Shown here one piece after another: positions 15,376 to 24,612 of a DNA stretch of 32,000 nt. The stretch is from contig NZ_CP010904.1 in assembly GCF_001017655.1 (NCBI RefSeq), forward strand, positions 1,530,001 to 1,562,000, in the 5' to 3' direction. The notes below the pieces were generated by a model that saw only the letters and a program-made list of their open reading frames with translations, made no database searches and was not told the DNA's origin. This DNA is from Kiritimatiella glycovorans. Lineage in GTDB: Bacteria > Verrucomicrobiota > Kiritimatiellia > Kiritimatiellales > Kiritimatiellaceae. The position numbers were made by a program, and so were the translations under genes. Each line of letters starts with the position of its first letter. The stretch's first letter is position 1.

Positions 15376-18300
15376 TTACGACCCGTTCTTGCGCATGATA
15401 ACGGTGCGTTCGGCGGGCAGCGCGAGTTCCCTTCCGATCTCCAGCAGCCGGTCATAATCCCGTGCCTCCGTCACGGCGGGACGCAGGTCCGCCTCGTACT
15501 CGATCGTCCAGATCCGTGAGTCGGGATCGTAGGCCGAGGCGCGCGTAATCGTACTTACGCCGTCGGGCAGCATGATCGCACGCCGTCCTTCGTCCCGCAC
15601 GGGTGAAAATCCCTCGGGGACGCGGATGCGGAACCGCATCAGCTCCCGGTGAAAGGTATCGCGGTAGAGCGGAAGCGTGCGCTCATCGGCATCGCAGCGC
15701 AGCAGATCCGTCATGCCGTCGGGCAGGGTGAAATAGAGCAGATCGCCGTCGCGGACGGCGTACGGGTCCGCCGTGACCGTAATGGTCTGTACGCCCGGAT
15801 AGGTGGTGTATTCCGCGCGGGGTTCTCCCTCCCGGGCGGCGGACTGGGCAATCGAGCTGACGAGGCGCTCGAAATGGCGGCGGCGCTCCTCGGGGATCAT
15901 TTCAGCGAACTCCCGGTGAAACGATGTATACGCCGAGCCGAAATAGCGGCGGGTCCAATCGATGCGCGCCCCGCCCCCGGGTGTCAGCGTGATCCCGTAT
16001 TCCACGGCCCGGCGGTCGCGGTAGCGATCCGCGGCCCGCACCGTCCCGATCGAGCCGTCCGCCGCGACGAGGGCCATCCTCCGGTCGTGGGGGGTGCTGC
16101 CCGGCGGGGCGTACTGGTCGGCGGGGCGTACTGGTCGGCGTCGTTGAGGTAGACCGGTCCGTCGTCGAGCATGACCCTGATCAGGGGGCTGTCGAAGGCG
16201 TCGCGCTGAGGATAATCGATCATCGGCGCGGCGAGAGGGTCGGGACGCGGAAGTCCGGAGGCGAAGACCCAGTCCGGCGCAAAACCGGCGGCCTCCAGCA
16301 TCGCGTAAAGCAGTATCGCGCGGTCGGCGGCATGCCCGTAACCGGATTCCAGGGTCACATCGGCCCCGCTCAGGGCCTCGAGTGGCGTCTCCGTGAACGG
16401 GGGGCCCGCCGCACGGATATGCCTGGCCACGAAGTCGCGGATCGCGCGGATCTTCGCGCGGGGGGAGTCCGCGCCCTTTACGAGGCGGAGGGCCATTGAC
16501 GCGGCCCGGTCCGCGCGCGAGGCGCGGGCGGCGAATTCGTCGCGGAGGGTGGCGGCGTAGTCCTCCCACGCGCCGGCGGAGGCGAACACCGCGGGTGCGA
16601 TCTCCCAAAGCGGCGGGAGGTCCGACTCCCGTTTGAGTCCCCGCTGCGAGCGGGATTCCCAGCTCCGCGTAATACGGCCGTCGTTGCGCATCTCGCTGAA
16701 GACCACCGCCTCGTCCGTCCCCTTCCGGATCTTGAGGACGACATCCTTCGGCGCCGCGATCTCCACCCTGCGGTTCATCATCGGGTCGAACCCCCGCATA
16801 TAGCTGCGCAGGTGGAAGAACGGATGATCCTTCATCCTGTGCACGACGCGGTATTCGATCACGCTGCCCGGCACGACGTTCGGGAGGCTGGCCACGAGGA
16901 TGCGTGCGGCGGGATAGCGCGGGGCGCCGGCGACCCATCCGGCGTCCATCACGTTGATCTCGTTTTCGCGGATCTCATGTACCCGGCCGCCGGGGGAGGT
17001 GACGCGCGCATACTTCAGTTCGACTTCTTCCCATGACGGATTGTAGTGGAGCTTCAGTTCCGCGTGCTCCTTCTTTCCGGCATAGGTCAGGACCTTCTTC
17101 TTCACCGTGTGCGTTTCGGTCCAGTTGCGCGCATCCTCCAGATCGCACTTCGTGCTGTTCTTCAAGTAGAGCACGTCCGCGCCGGGGTCCTTCTCGAGCG
17201 GGAGCGGAAAGACGATCCGCTGCCGTCCCGCCTGCTCGATGCCTTCGACCTCCGCTTTCAGCTCGCCGTATGCTTCCGGCGAAAGCTCGATCGCCCGGAC
17301 AAGGGTGCGGGTCCGGCCCTCCAGCACGCGATCGTTCAGGGACCATTTGCGCTCCCAGGCAAAGAACGGGCGGTCGACCTTCCCGGCCTCCGGCAGGCGA
17401 TCCGGAGCGGCGATCCCGCGGGCGAGGTCGATGCGGAACGACTCGTCCGTGCCGCAGGGGAAGCGCGTTCTAAGGGGATATTCCCTTTTCTCGAGTCCGA
17501 GGTTACCCAGCACCGATCTCGCGACGCCGAGGACTCCGCCCCATTCGGGCGGGCGAAACAGGCGTTTCCCGTTCTGCTCCGCGAACAGACCGGTGGCCGT
17601 ATACGCGAGGGTGGCCTTCAGGGGTCTGGAGGTGTCGCGCACCGGCTGCGGCTCGATCGTCAGATCGCGCAGCTTCGCGCCGGGAATGAGGGTCTCGAGC
17701 CTGCCCTCGAAGAAATCCTCGCGCTCCTCCGGGCGCAGCCGGGCGAAGTGGCCCCGGTAGGCGCTGTCATTGATCCCCTCGAAGGTGATGACCGTTTTCG
17801 CGCGGTAGCGTCCGTCTGAATCGAGTCGACCGTCGGTCTCGATCAGGGTCAGGTTCTCTCCGGCGGAGGACACCGGCGAGGTCATCAGCGGCACGCCCTC
17901 CGGCGTAGCCGCAAGATAGCTCATGTCGCAGAGATAGCGCGGGAGCAGGTTACGCGTATTCTCATCGGTCGGATCCATAAGCCGGAATGTGCCGCCCGGT
18001 TCGCGTACGCCGACGACAGCGTGATTGAACCAGGGCTGCGGTACCTCCCCGTCCTTTTTCGCGCCCACCATCATCAGTACGGGATAGGCGTCGAATCCGC
18101 CCTCACGCAGCATCGCGACGAGGAGCGCGGCCTTGTCGCGACAGACCCCGTAGCCGCGCTCAAAGGTGAGATCCACATCATGGGGCTCATACCCCGGCGC
18201 CTCTTTTTCCAGGGTGATACCCATGTAGCGGATGTTCTGCGAGACCCAGGTGAAGATCGCGCGCAGACGCTCGTCGCGCGATCCGGCCTCCGAGGTCAGC

Positions 18301-19154
18301 TCGGCCACCTTCCGCTTCATTTCCGGGGTAATTTTATCGAGATGCGGTTTGCTCAGGTTCCAGTACCAGCGGGAGAGCGCCTCCCATTCCGGGATGGTGC
18401 TGACGAGCACGCGCTGGACCTGACTCGAGAGATCCGGCATCGAGGGTTCCGGGAACATGCGCGGGAGGTCGCGTCCCGTCCACCGGTAGCGTATGCGCGC
18501 GCCGTTGGTCACCACGCTGTGGCTGACGGTATCGTCGACGGGGTCCTTCAGGGCGATATTCGTGAGCGGACGCGATGCCGGGGCGTCGATTTCGAACACG
18601 GCATGGAGGACGGGGTCGGTACCTTCGAAGAGGAAGCGGTCGCTCCAGGTGCCGGGGACCCGTGTCTTAAAGGTCTCATAGCGCGCGCGGTAGCGCAGGA
18701 TATCGCCGATCTCCAGCCCCGGGATGCTCACGCGCACTTCGCGCAGACTGGGGTTGTAGATATTCATCTGCATCTGGCCGGGCGAGGCCATCTCGCGGGT
18801 GTTCGCCTCCAGGTCGACCTCCCGCACCCTGCCGTCGGCCCTGATCACCTCAACGCGCTCGAAGCGGGCGCGGCTGTACGCGCGGTCGAAGCCGAGCGAC
18901 TGAGTGCGGTGGTCGCGTTTACCCTGTTCGGACAGGATCTTCCAGGCCATGTCGACCCGGGTCGTGTAGACGCCGGAGGCGGCGTATCGCGCAAAGGCCA
19001 TGTCGCTGAGCATCACCGCATCCGCGTTCGGGTACCGGTCACGATCGACGCCGCGGGCCGACGCACACAGCTTATCCGGGGAGGGGAACTCGAGGGCCAG
19101 CCCCTGAAGCGCGACCAGCAGAAAACTCAGCATTATTCCGGTGCGTCGTCTCAT
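15376..19154 (-). pseudogene. exported double DUF3857/transglutaminase-like protein, frameshifted by a 17-bp tandem duplication
   Basis: It has a signal peptide (MLSFLLVALQGLALE). The first transglutaminase core is GYGVCRDKAALLVAML...FNHAVV. A second, Cys-less copy is GYGHAADRAILLYAML. ORFs 15984..19154 and 15376..16938 join into one about 1253-aa frame if one 17-bp unit at 16102..16135 is removed. Confidence 0.8.
16102..16135. repeat. perfect 17-bp tandem duplication (cggcggggcgtactggt x2)
   Basis: Read directly: 16102..16118 equals 16119..16135, followed by 5 more matching bases. Confidence 0.95.
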
Positions 19155-19360
19155 GGATATCTATTCCTCCCCGACCCGACGTTTATTCATGATGATGAGC
19201 CGCACCCCATAGAGGGACGCGCCCCCCGGAAGAGGTTCTCGCCATCGGCGGCACGCAGGAGGCGGCTTCCCCGCCTTTCCCCCAACAACCCAACAACTTC
19301 TCTCCCCTCCCCGGCCCCGGCTCCGACGACGCGGGGCCCTCCGGAGAAGCGTATCGCGCG

Positions 19361-20347
19361 TTATTCCGGTTCGCCGGCCTCGTTCAGGAAGTGCAGGTAT
19401 TCCGAGTCGGCGTCGAGGAAGAGTACGGTCCGGCCGGTCACGGTTTTACGATAGCTCTGGAGGGTCCGGAAGAAATCGTAGAACTCCGGATCCTCGCTGT
19501 AGGCCTCGTTATAGATTCGGGTGGCCTCCGCTTCGGCCTCCCCGCGGACGACCTGGGCCTCGCGCTCGGCCTCGGAGATAATCTCCTGCACCTCTCGGCG
19601 GGTCTGCCCCTGGATCTGCTGGCTCTTGCCCTCACCTTCGGCGCGGAATTCCTCGGCGATGCGCTGCCGTTCCGAGATCATCCGGTCAAACACCTGTTTC
19701 TGGACCGAACTGATGTAATTGATGCGCTTGATGCGGAAATCGCGCAGCTCGATACCGTAGCTGGGCATCACCTTGCCGGCCTCTTCGAGGATGTCCTGTG
19801 TCAGCTTTTCGCGTCCGACGCGGACCTTTTTCTTCAGCTCTTCCTTTTTCTTCTCTACAGGAACAGTGAGTTCCTCGATCTTCTCCTCCTCCACATCCCA
19901 GTCGCGCGAACGGATGATATCGGTGAGTTCCGTACTCGACATGCGGTCGCGCACCACGGAATCGACAATATCGTCGAGGCGCGACTGCGCGCCGGTCTCA
20001 TTGCGCACGCTCTTGAGGAACTTGAGCGGGGCCACGATTTTCCAGCGCGCCGTGGTGTCCACGGAGATAAATTCACGCCCCCGCGTCGGGATCTGGTTCG
20101 GATCGCCGTCCCAGGAAAGAACGCGCTTTTCGAAACGGCGGACCTCCTGGATGAACGGCGTCTTGAAGTGGAGACCCGGGCTGGTGACCGGTTCTCCGAC
20201 CGGGGCCCCGAACTGCAGGATCACCGCCTGCTCCGTCTCATCGAGCGTGTAGGCCGCGGAAAACAACGTTACCAGGGCCATCAGCGCGATCACGACGATT
20301 GCGGCCGCAAGCACGCCCCCGTTTTTCTTTTCGGTAAGGCTCATCAC
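19361..20347 (-). CDS. hflC: SPFH/band-7 protease modulator HflC
   Basis: It has an N-terminal TM segment. The motif YTLDETEQAVILQFG...GLHFKTPFIQEV is typical of HflC. Its ATG overlaps the hflK stop (ATGA). Confidence 0.85.
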   Translation of the reverse strand: MMSLTEKKNGGVLAAAIVVIALMALVTLFSAAYTLDETEQAVILQFGAPVGEPVTSPGLHFKTPFIQEVRRFEKRVLSWDGDPNQIPTRGREFISVDTTARWKIVAPLKFLKSVRNETGAQSRLDDIVDSVVRDRMSSTELTDIIRSRDWDVEEEKIEELTVPVEKKKEELKKKVRVGREKLTQDILEEAGKVMPSYGIELRDFRIKRINYISSVQKQVFDRMISERQRIAEEFRAEGEGKSQQIQGQTRREVQEIISEAEREAQVVRGEAEAEATRIYNEAYSEDPEFYDFFRTLQSYRKTVTGRTVLFLDADSEYLHFLNEAGEPE

Positions 20348-21354
20348 TTCTTCTCCTTGGCTTGACGGTCCAGCGCATCGCGCAGCGGCAGGATCGGAAG
20401 GGGCGAGGGGCCCTGATCCCGGGTCACGTAGATGCCCCCGGCCTCGGGAAGCACCTCCTCCATCATCTCGACGAAAAGGCGTCGGCGCGTAACGGAGGGG
20501 GCCTGCCGGTATTCCTTGAGCACGGCCAGAAACCGGGCGGTATCGCCCTTTGCCCGGTTGACGCGTTCGGCTGCAAACCCCTGCGCCTCGGAGACGATCT
20601 TCTCCGCCTCACCCCGGGCCCGGGGAATCTCCCGGTTGCGCTTCTTCTCCGCTTCGTTAACCAGCTGCTCTCTCTGCTGGCGTGCCTCGTTGACCTCATT
20701 GAATGCGGGTTTCACCGGTTCGGGCGGCGTCACATCCTGCATCTCCACCGTCCTTATATGGACGCCGAGTTCATACTTATCCAGGATCTGCTGCATCTCC
20801 TCGCGGACCTTACCCGCGATCTCGACCCGGCCCACGGTGAGGACGTCGGCCCCGAGGCGGTTGCCGACCACGCGGCGCATCACGGCCTCGGAGACATCAC
20901 GGATACTTTCGCGCTGATTGCGGACATGATGCAGAAAGGCGTCGGGATCGTGGATCATATACTGGACGACCCACTCCACGTCGACCACGCTGAGATCGCC
21001 GGCGAGCATCAGCGACTCCTCTTTTTCCACGGAGCCCTGGCGGTAGCGGGTCTGCTGGCCGGCTTCAACGGTGCGAAACCCGAACTCTTCCTTGAGCACA
21101 CGCTCCGTGGGCACGAAGATCGCCGTATCGATCCCGAACGGAAGTTTCAGATGCAGGCCGGGATCCTTGATGGAGACGACCCTGCCCCATCGCTTGACGA
21201 CCGCCTTGCCTTCGGTGTCGACCGTGTAGACGGAGGTCAGCGCCGCAGCGACAATCAGCACCAGGATCACCACCGGGAGGAGGTAGGACCGATACTGCTT
21301 CCACAGATCCGTGAGGTCGATTTCGCGGTCCGGATTCATTTCATAGCCGTTCAT
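20344..21354 (-). CDS. hflK: SPFH/band-7 protease modulator HflK
   Basis: The start is chosen at MNGYEMNPDR (21354), preceded by AAGGAG at 7-8 nt. It has a TM segment followed by YTVDTEGKAVVKRWGR...GLHLKLPFGID. The 716-aa ORF upstream extension runs antisense into the next gene. Confidence 0.85.
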   Translation of the reverse strand: MNGYEMNPDREIDLTDLWKQYRSYLLPVVILVLIVAAALTSVYTVDTEGKAVVKRWGRVVSIKDPGLHLKLPFGIDTAIFVPTERVLKEEFGFRTVEAGQQTRYRQGSVEKEESLMLAGDLSVVDVEWVVQYMIHDPDAFLHHVRNQRESIRDVSEAVMRRVVGNRLGADVLTVGRVEIAGKVREEMQQILDKYELGVHIRTVEMQDVTPPEPVKPAFNEVNEARQQREQLVNEAEKKRNREIPRARGEAEKIVSEAQGFAAERVNRAKGDTARFLAVLKEYRQAPSVTRRRLFVEMMEEVLPEAGGIYVTRDQGPSPLPILPLRDALDRQAKEKK

Positions 21355-21549
21355 AATGGTACTCCTTACGGTACAAGTGGGGGGCATGATAGCGGGAAGA
21401 ACCGCATAATGCAAAACCTCCGGCCCCGGGATCGGAACACGGTGTGCAAAAAATGGAAAATCATGGCTCCCGGGGCATCCGGGTGCTAGGATCGCCCGTC
21501 GCTGATTGCGAAGCCGGGAATATCCCGGCACAGAGGTAAGGAGGCTACG

Positions 21550-23850
21550 ATGAAACCCGCGGAAGTCCGGGTTGATTTTGAGACGATTTCGGGACGCCGG
21601 CCCGGCCGGGGACTGCTCCACTGCACCGTCGAGGCTGACGTGGTCGTGACGGGCGCGGGCCCCGCCGGGCTCTGCGCCGCGATTGCCGCGGCGCGCGCGG
21701 GACGGAACACCGCCCTGATCACCGACCGCCCCGTATTCGGCGGCAGCGCATCGAGCGAGGTGCGCGTCACGCCCTCCGGCGCCGATCACGGCTGCTGGAA
21801 CCGCTATGCGCGCGAGACGGGAATCATGGAGGAAATGAGCCTCCGGCTCGCCCGCCGCACGCAGGACGGGGGCCGCTGGCGCTGGCTCTATTACGACGAA
21901 CTCTACTTCGACATGGTCGCCGCGGAACCTAACCTGCAGTGCTTTCTCAATACCTCCGTGTGCGGCGCGGATGTCGATGACACCGGACGTATCCGGGCGC
22001 TCAAGGCCGTGCAGCTCCGCTCGGAAAAGGCGTACCGGTTCACCGGCTCGATGTTCATCGACTGCTCCGGGGACGGAGTCGTCGGCTATCTCGCCGGCGC
22101 CGATTTCCGCACGGGGCGTGAGGCGAAAAGCGAGTTCGGCGAGACCTGGGCGCCGGAGGAGGCGGATTCCGGGACCATGGGCGCGACGCTGCTGTTCTCG
22201 ACCGTCGACCGCGGCCATCCGGTGCCGTTCCGGGCCCCGGACTGGGCGCTGGACGTGCGCGAACTGCGGACGATTCTCGATCCGGATTACGCCCTGCAGC
22301 GCTCGTTCTACCGTATGCCGGACGGCACGTTCTACGGACTCTGGTGGGCGGAGTATGCGGGAGAGGACTCGGTGCGCGATGACGACGAGGTATGCCGGCA
22401 TACCCGGCGGCTTATTTACGGGCTCTGGGATTACATCAAGAACAGCGGTCGCTTCGATAACGTATCCAGGCTGGAGATGGACTGGATCGGGCACCTCCCG
22501 GGCAAGCGCGAATCACGCCGCCTCACGGGACCCTATGTGGCGAACGCGAACGATTTCCTCGAACAGCGCCGGTTCGAGGACGCGATCGGGTTCGCGGGCT
22601 GGCCGGTGGACATCCATCCGCCGAAGGGATACCGCGATCCCGCCCCGGCGTGCACCCACGATTACCTTCCCGGGATCACGGATATCCCCCTGCGCTGCCT
22701 GTACTCGCGCAACGTGCCCAACCTCCTCTTCGCCGGACGCGACATCAGCGTCTCGCACGAGGGACTGGGCGTGCTCCGCGTGATCGCCACCACGGCGGTC
22801 ATGGGCCAGGCGGCGGGGACGGCCGCCTCGCTCGCGCTGGAAACCGGAACCGATCCCGACGGCGTCCGCCGCGAACACATGGCGGAACTGCAGCGGCGGC
22901 TGGCCCGCGGGGACCAGTCGATCATCGGCTACCGCCTTCTGGAGGACGACGACTGCTCGCGCCGGGCGCGGGTGCGTGCCTCATCCGAACAGCCGTGCCG
23001 GATCGAAGAGGGCTCGCACTGGCTCCCGCTCGATCAGGCCGCCGGTCTTCTGCTCCCCGTGGACCAGCCGCGCATCGACCGGATTGCGTTCCGGCTGCAC
23101 GCCTGGAGACCCTCACGGGTCCGCCTCCGCGTCTTCAGCGCCGACCGCCCCCAGAACTACCGACTGCACCGGGAGGTCGCGTCGTCGTCCACGGACCTGA
23201 AGGAAGGGGACCAGTGGGTGACGTTCGACGTCGACGCCCCGCCCGGCGACGGGCTCAAGCTCTTTTTCGTCTTCGAGGCCAACCCGGCGGTGATGCTCCG
23301 CTACGACCGGACACGCCTGACCGGCCTGCTCGGCCTGCAATTCCCCGAAATTGAAGACGGGGGCGGCTACGACACGGAATTCGTCTGCCGGCCGTTCACC
23401 CCGTGTTTCCGGGCGGAGCCCGAGCCGCGCCTCTATGCGGCCGGGAACGTGATCGACGGACACCTGCGCCCGCACGGTCTTCCGCACCTCTGGGCCTCCC
23501 GGCCGTTTGATGTGTCCGATCCGGCATGGCTCGAACTCGACTTAAAGGAGGCGCGTCGGCTGGGCCGGATCGAACTGGTCTTCAATCCCGAACTCAACAC
23601 CCACCGCCAGTCAATCCGGGGAGAGTACCCCGTCATGGAATCGGGCATGTACCCCGAACTGATCCGTGATTACGACATCGTCGCGGACGTGAAAGGGAAA
23701 CCCGTCACCGTCGTCCGCGAACGCGGTAACATCGGGCGGTTCCGCGTTCACACCATCGAGCCGGTCACGGCGCAAAGCCTGCGGCTGGTCGTGTACGCCA
23801 CCTGGGGCTGCCCCCGCGCGGAGGTGTTCGATTTCCGCGCGTACGGCTGA
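21550..23850 (+). CDS. FAD-dependent oxidoreductase with C-terminal galactose-binding-like domain
   Basis: It has a dinucleotide-binding motif VVVTGAGPAGLCAAIAAARAG. An AAGGAGG SD lies upstream of the ATG. The C-terminal stretch NVIDGHLRP...WLELDL...IELVFN resembles discoidin/F5-8-type domains. Confidence 0.75.
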   Translation: MKPAEVRVDFETISGRRPGRGLLHCTVEADVVVTGAGPAGLCAAIAAARAGRNTALITDRPVFGGSASSEVRVTPSGADHGCWNRYARETGIMEEMSLRLARRTQDGGRWRWLYYDELYFDMVAAEPNLQCFLNTSVCGADVDDTGRIRALKAVQLRSEKAYRFTGSMFIDCSGDGVVGYLAGADFRTGREAKSEFGETWAPEEADSGTMGATLLFSTVDRGHPVPFRAPDWALDVRELRTILDPDYALQRSFYRMPDGTFYGLWWAEYAGEDSVRDDDEVCRHTRRLIYGLWDYIKNSGRFDNVSRLEMDWIGHLPGKRESRRLTGPYVANANDFLEQRRFEDAIGFAGWPVDIHPPKGYRDPAPACTHDYLPGITDIPLRCLYSRNVPNLLFAGRDISVSHEGLGVLRVIATTAVMGQAAGTAASLALETGTDPDGVRREHMAELQRRLARGDQSIIGYRLLEDDDCSRRARVRASSEQPCRIEEGSHWLPLDQAAGLLLPVDQPRIDRIAFRLHAWRPSRVRLRVFSADRPQNYRLHREVASSSTDLKEGDQWVTFDVDAPPGDGLKLFFVFEANPAVMLRYDRTRLTGLLGLQFPEIEDGGGYDTEFVCRPFTPCFRAEPEPRLYAAGNVIDGHLRPHGLPHLWASRPFDVSDPAWLELDLKEARRLGRIELVFNPELNTHRQSIRGEYPVMESGMYPELIRDYDIVADVKGKPVTVVRERGNIGRFRVHTIEPVTAQSLRLVVYATWGCPRAEVFDFRAYG

Positions 23851-23884
23851 CCGTATTTTCCGCGCAAAGCGAAGAGAAAAAGAG

Positions 23885-23913
23885 GTTTCGCGCGAAGGCG
23901 CTAAGACGCAAAG
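23885..23913. repeat. left arm of a perfect 29-bp inverted repeat
   Basis: gtttcgcgcgaaggcgctaagacgcaaag is the exact reverse complement of 24579..24607. Confidence 0.95.
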
Positions 23914-23988
23914 AAGGGTCAGGGGCGGACGCAGGAAGCGCCCGCCCTGTAAAATGCGGGGACTATATGGAAGCCCGAGGCCCGCGAT

Positions 23989-24399
23989 CTACTGGGGCAT
24001 CCCGCGATCTTCACCCAATCCGTTCACGAGACGGGTAATGCCGTATTTCATCAGGTCGGCGTTGAAATTGAGCAGGAACCCCAGCTTCAGCCCCGACAGG
24101 CGCAGATAGGTGAGCACCTGCTTCATGTGTACCTTCTTCACCCGCTCCACCGCCTTCAGCTCGACGATGACCTTCCCCGCGACAATCATATCGGCCCGAA
24201 ACACCTCGTCGAACAACATGGATTCGTAGCGAACCGGAACGGGAACCTGACGATCGACCGAAAGCCCTCTTTTGCGCAACTCATACGCCAGCACGGACTC
24301 GTAAACCGTTTCCAGGAGTCCCGGGCCGAGGCGGGTGTGGATCCGAACCGCCGCATCCACGATGATCTTCCCGATTTCGTTATCAGAATCCACGATCAT
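23989..24399 (-). CDS. GxxExxY protein (PD-(D/E)XK nuclease superfamily, PDDEXK_3/TIGR04256-like)
   Basis: It has the GPGLLETVYE motif (GxxExxY). The ...ADMIVAGKVIVELKAV... D-x(n)-ExK core is present. Size is 136 aa. Confidence 0.8.
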   Translation of the reverse strand: MIVDSDNEIGKIIVDAAVRIHTRLGPGLLETVYESVLAYELRKRGLSVDRQVPVPVRYESMLFDEVFRADMIVAGKVIVELKAVERVKKVHMKQVLTYLRLSGLKLGFLLNFNADLMKYGITRLVNGLGEDRGMPQ

Positions 24400-24533
24400 A
24401 CCTGCCGGAAGCGACCATGATACGCCGGGGAATGCGGAATCTATGTGGAATCCATTAGAAGAGGATGAAAAAGCCTCGCGTCAGGACGCAGAGGCGCAGG
24501 GAAGAGACAGGGATTCTGGTATAAAGCTACAGG

Positions 24534-24572
24534 CCGGAGGGGGCGGGCGCCTCTTGCGCCCGCCCCCTCCGG
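24534..24572 (-). terminator. 17-bp perfect GC-rich hairpin, candidate terminator of the 24613..27093 gene
   Basis: The sequence is ccggagggggcgggcgc ctctt gcgcccgccccctccgg. It lies 41 nt downstream of the stop on the minus strand. The trailing sequence is only weakly U-rich (CCUGUAGCUUUAUACC). Confidence 0.4.
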
Positions 24573-24578
24573 CTCCTG

Positions 24579-24607
24579 CTTTGCGTCTTAGCGCCTTCGC
24601 GCGAAAC
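24579..24607. repeat. right arm of a perfect 29-bp inverted repeat
   Basis: ctttgcgtcttagcgccttcgcgcgaaac. A 13-nt piece of it (gcgccttcgcgcg) recurs at 24624..24636 inside the 3' end of the neighbouring gene. Confidence 0.95.
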
Positions 24608-24612
24608 GTCTC

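Noticed and set aside
15376-16938. 520-aa ORF as an independent gene.
   Set aside because: Only its last about 235 residues look protein-like, and they continue the 1056-aa ORF once the 17-bp duplication is removed. The N-terminal part is out-of-frame overlap with that ORF.
21355-22494. N-terminal 380 codons of the 716-aa ORF 20344..22494.
   Set aside because: The HflK homology, TM segment and an AAGGAG SD begin at the ATG at 21354. The extension overlaps the well-supported FAD-oxidoreductase gene on the opposite strand.
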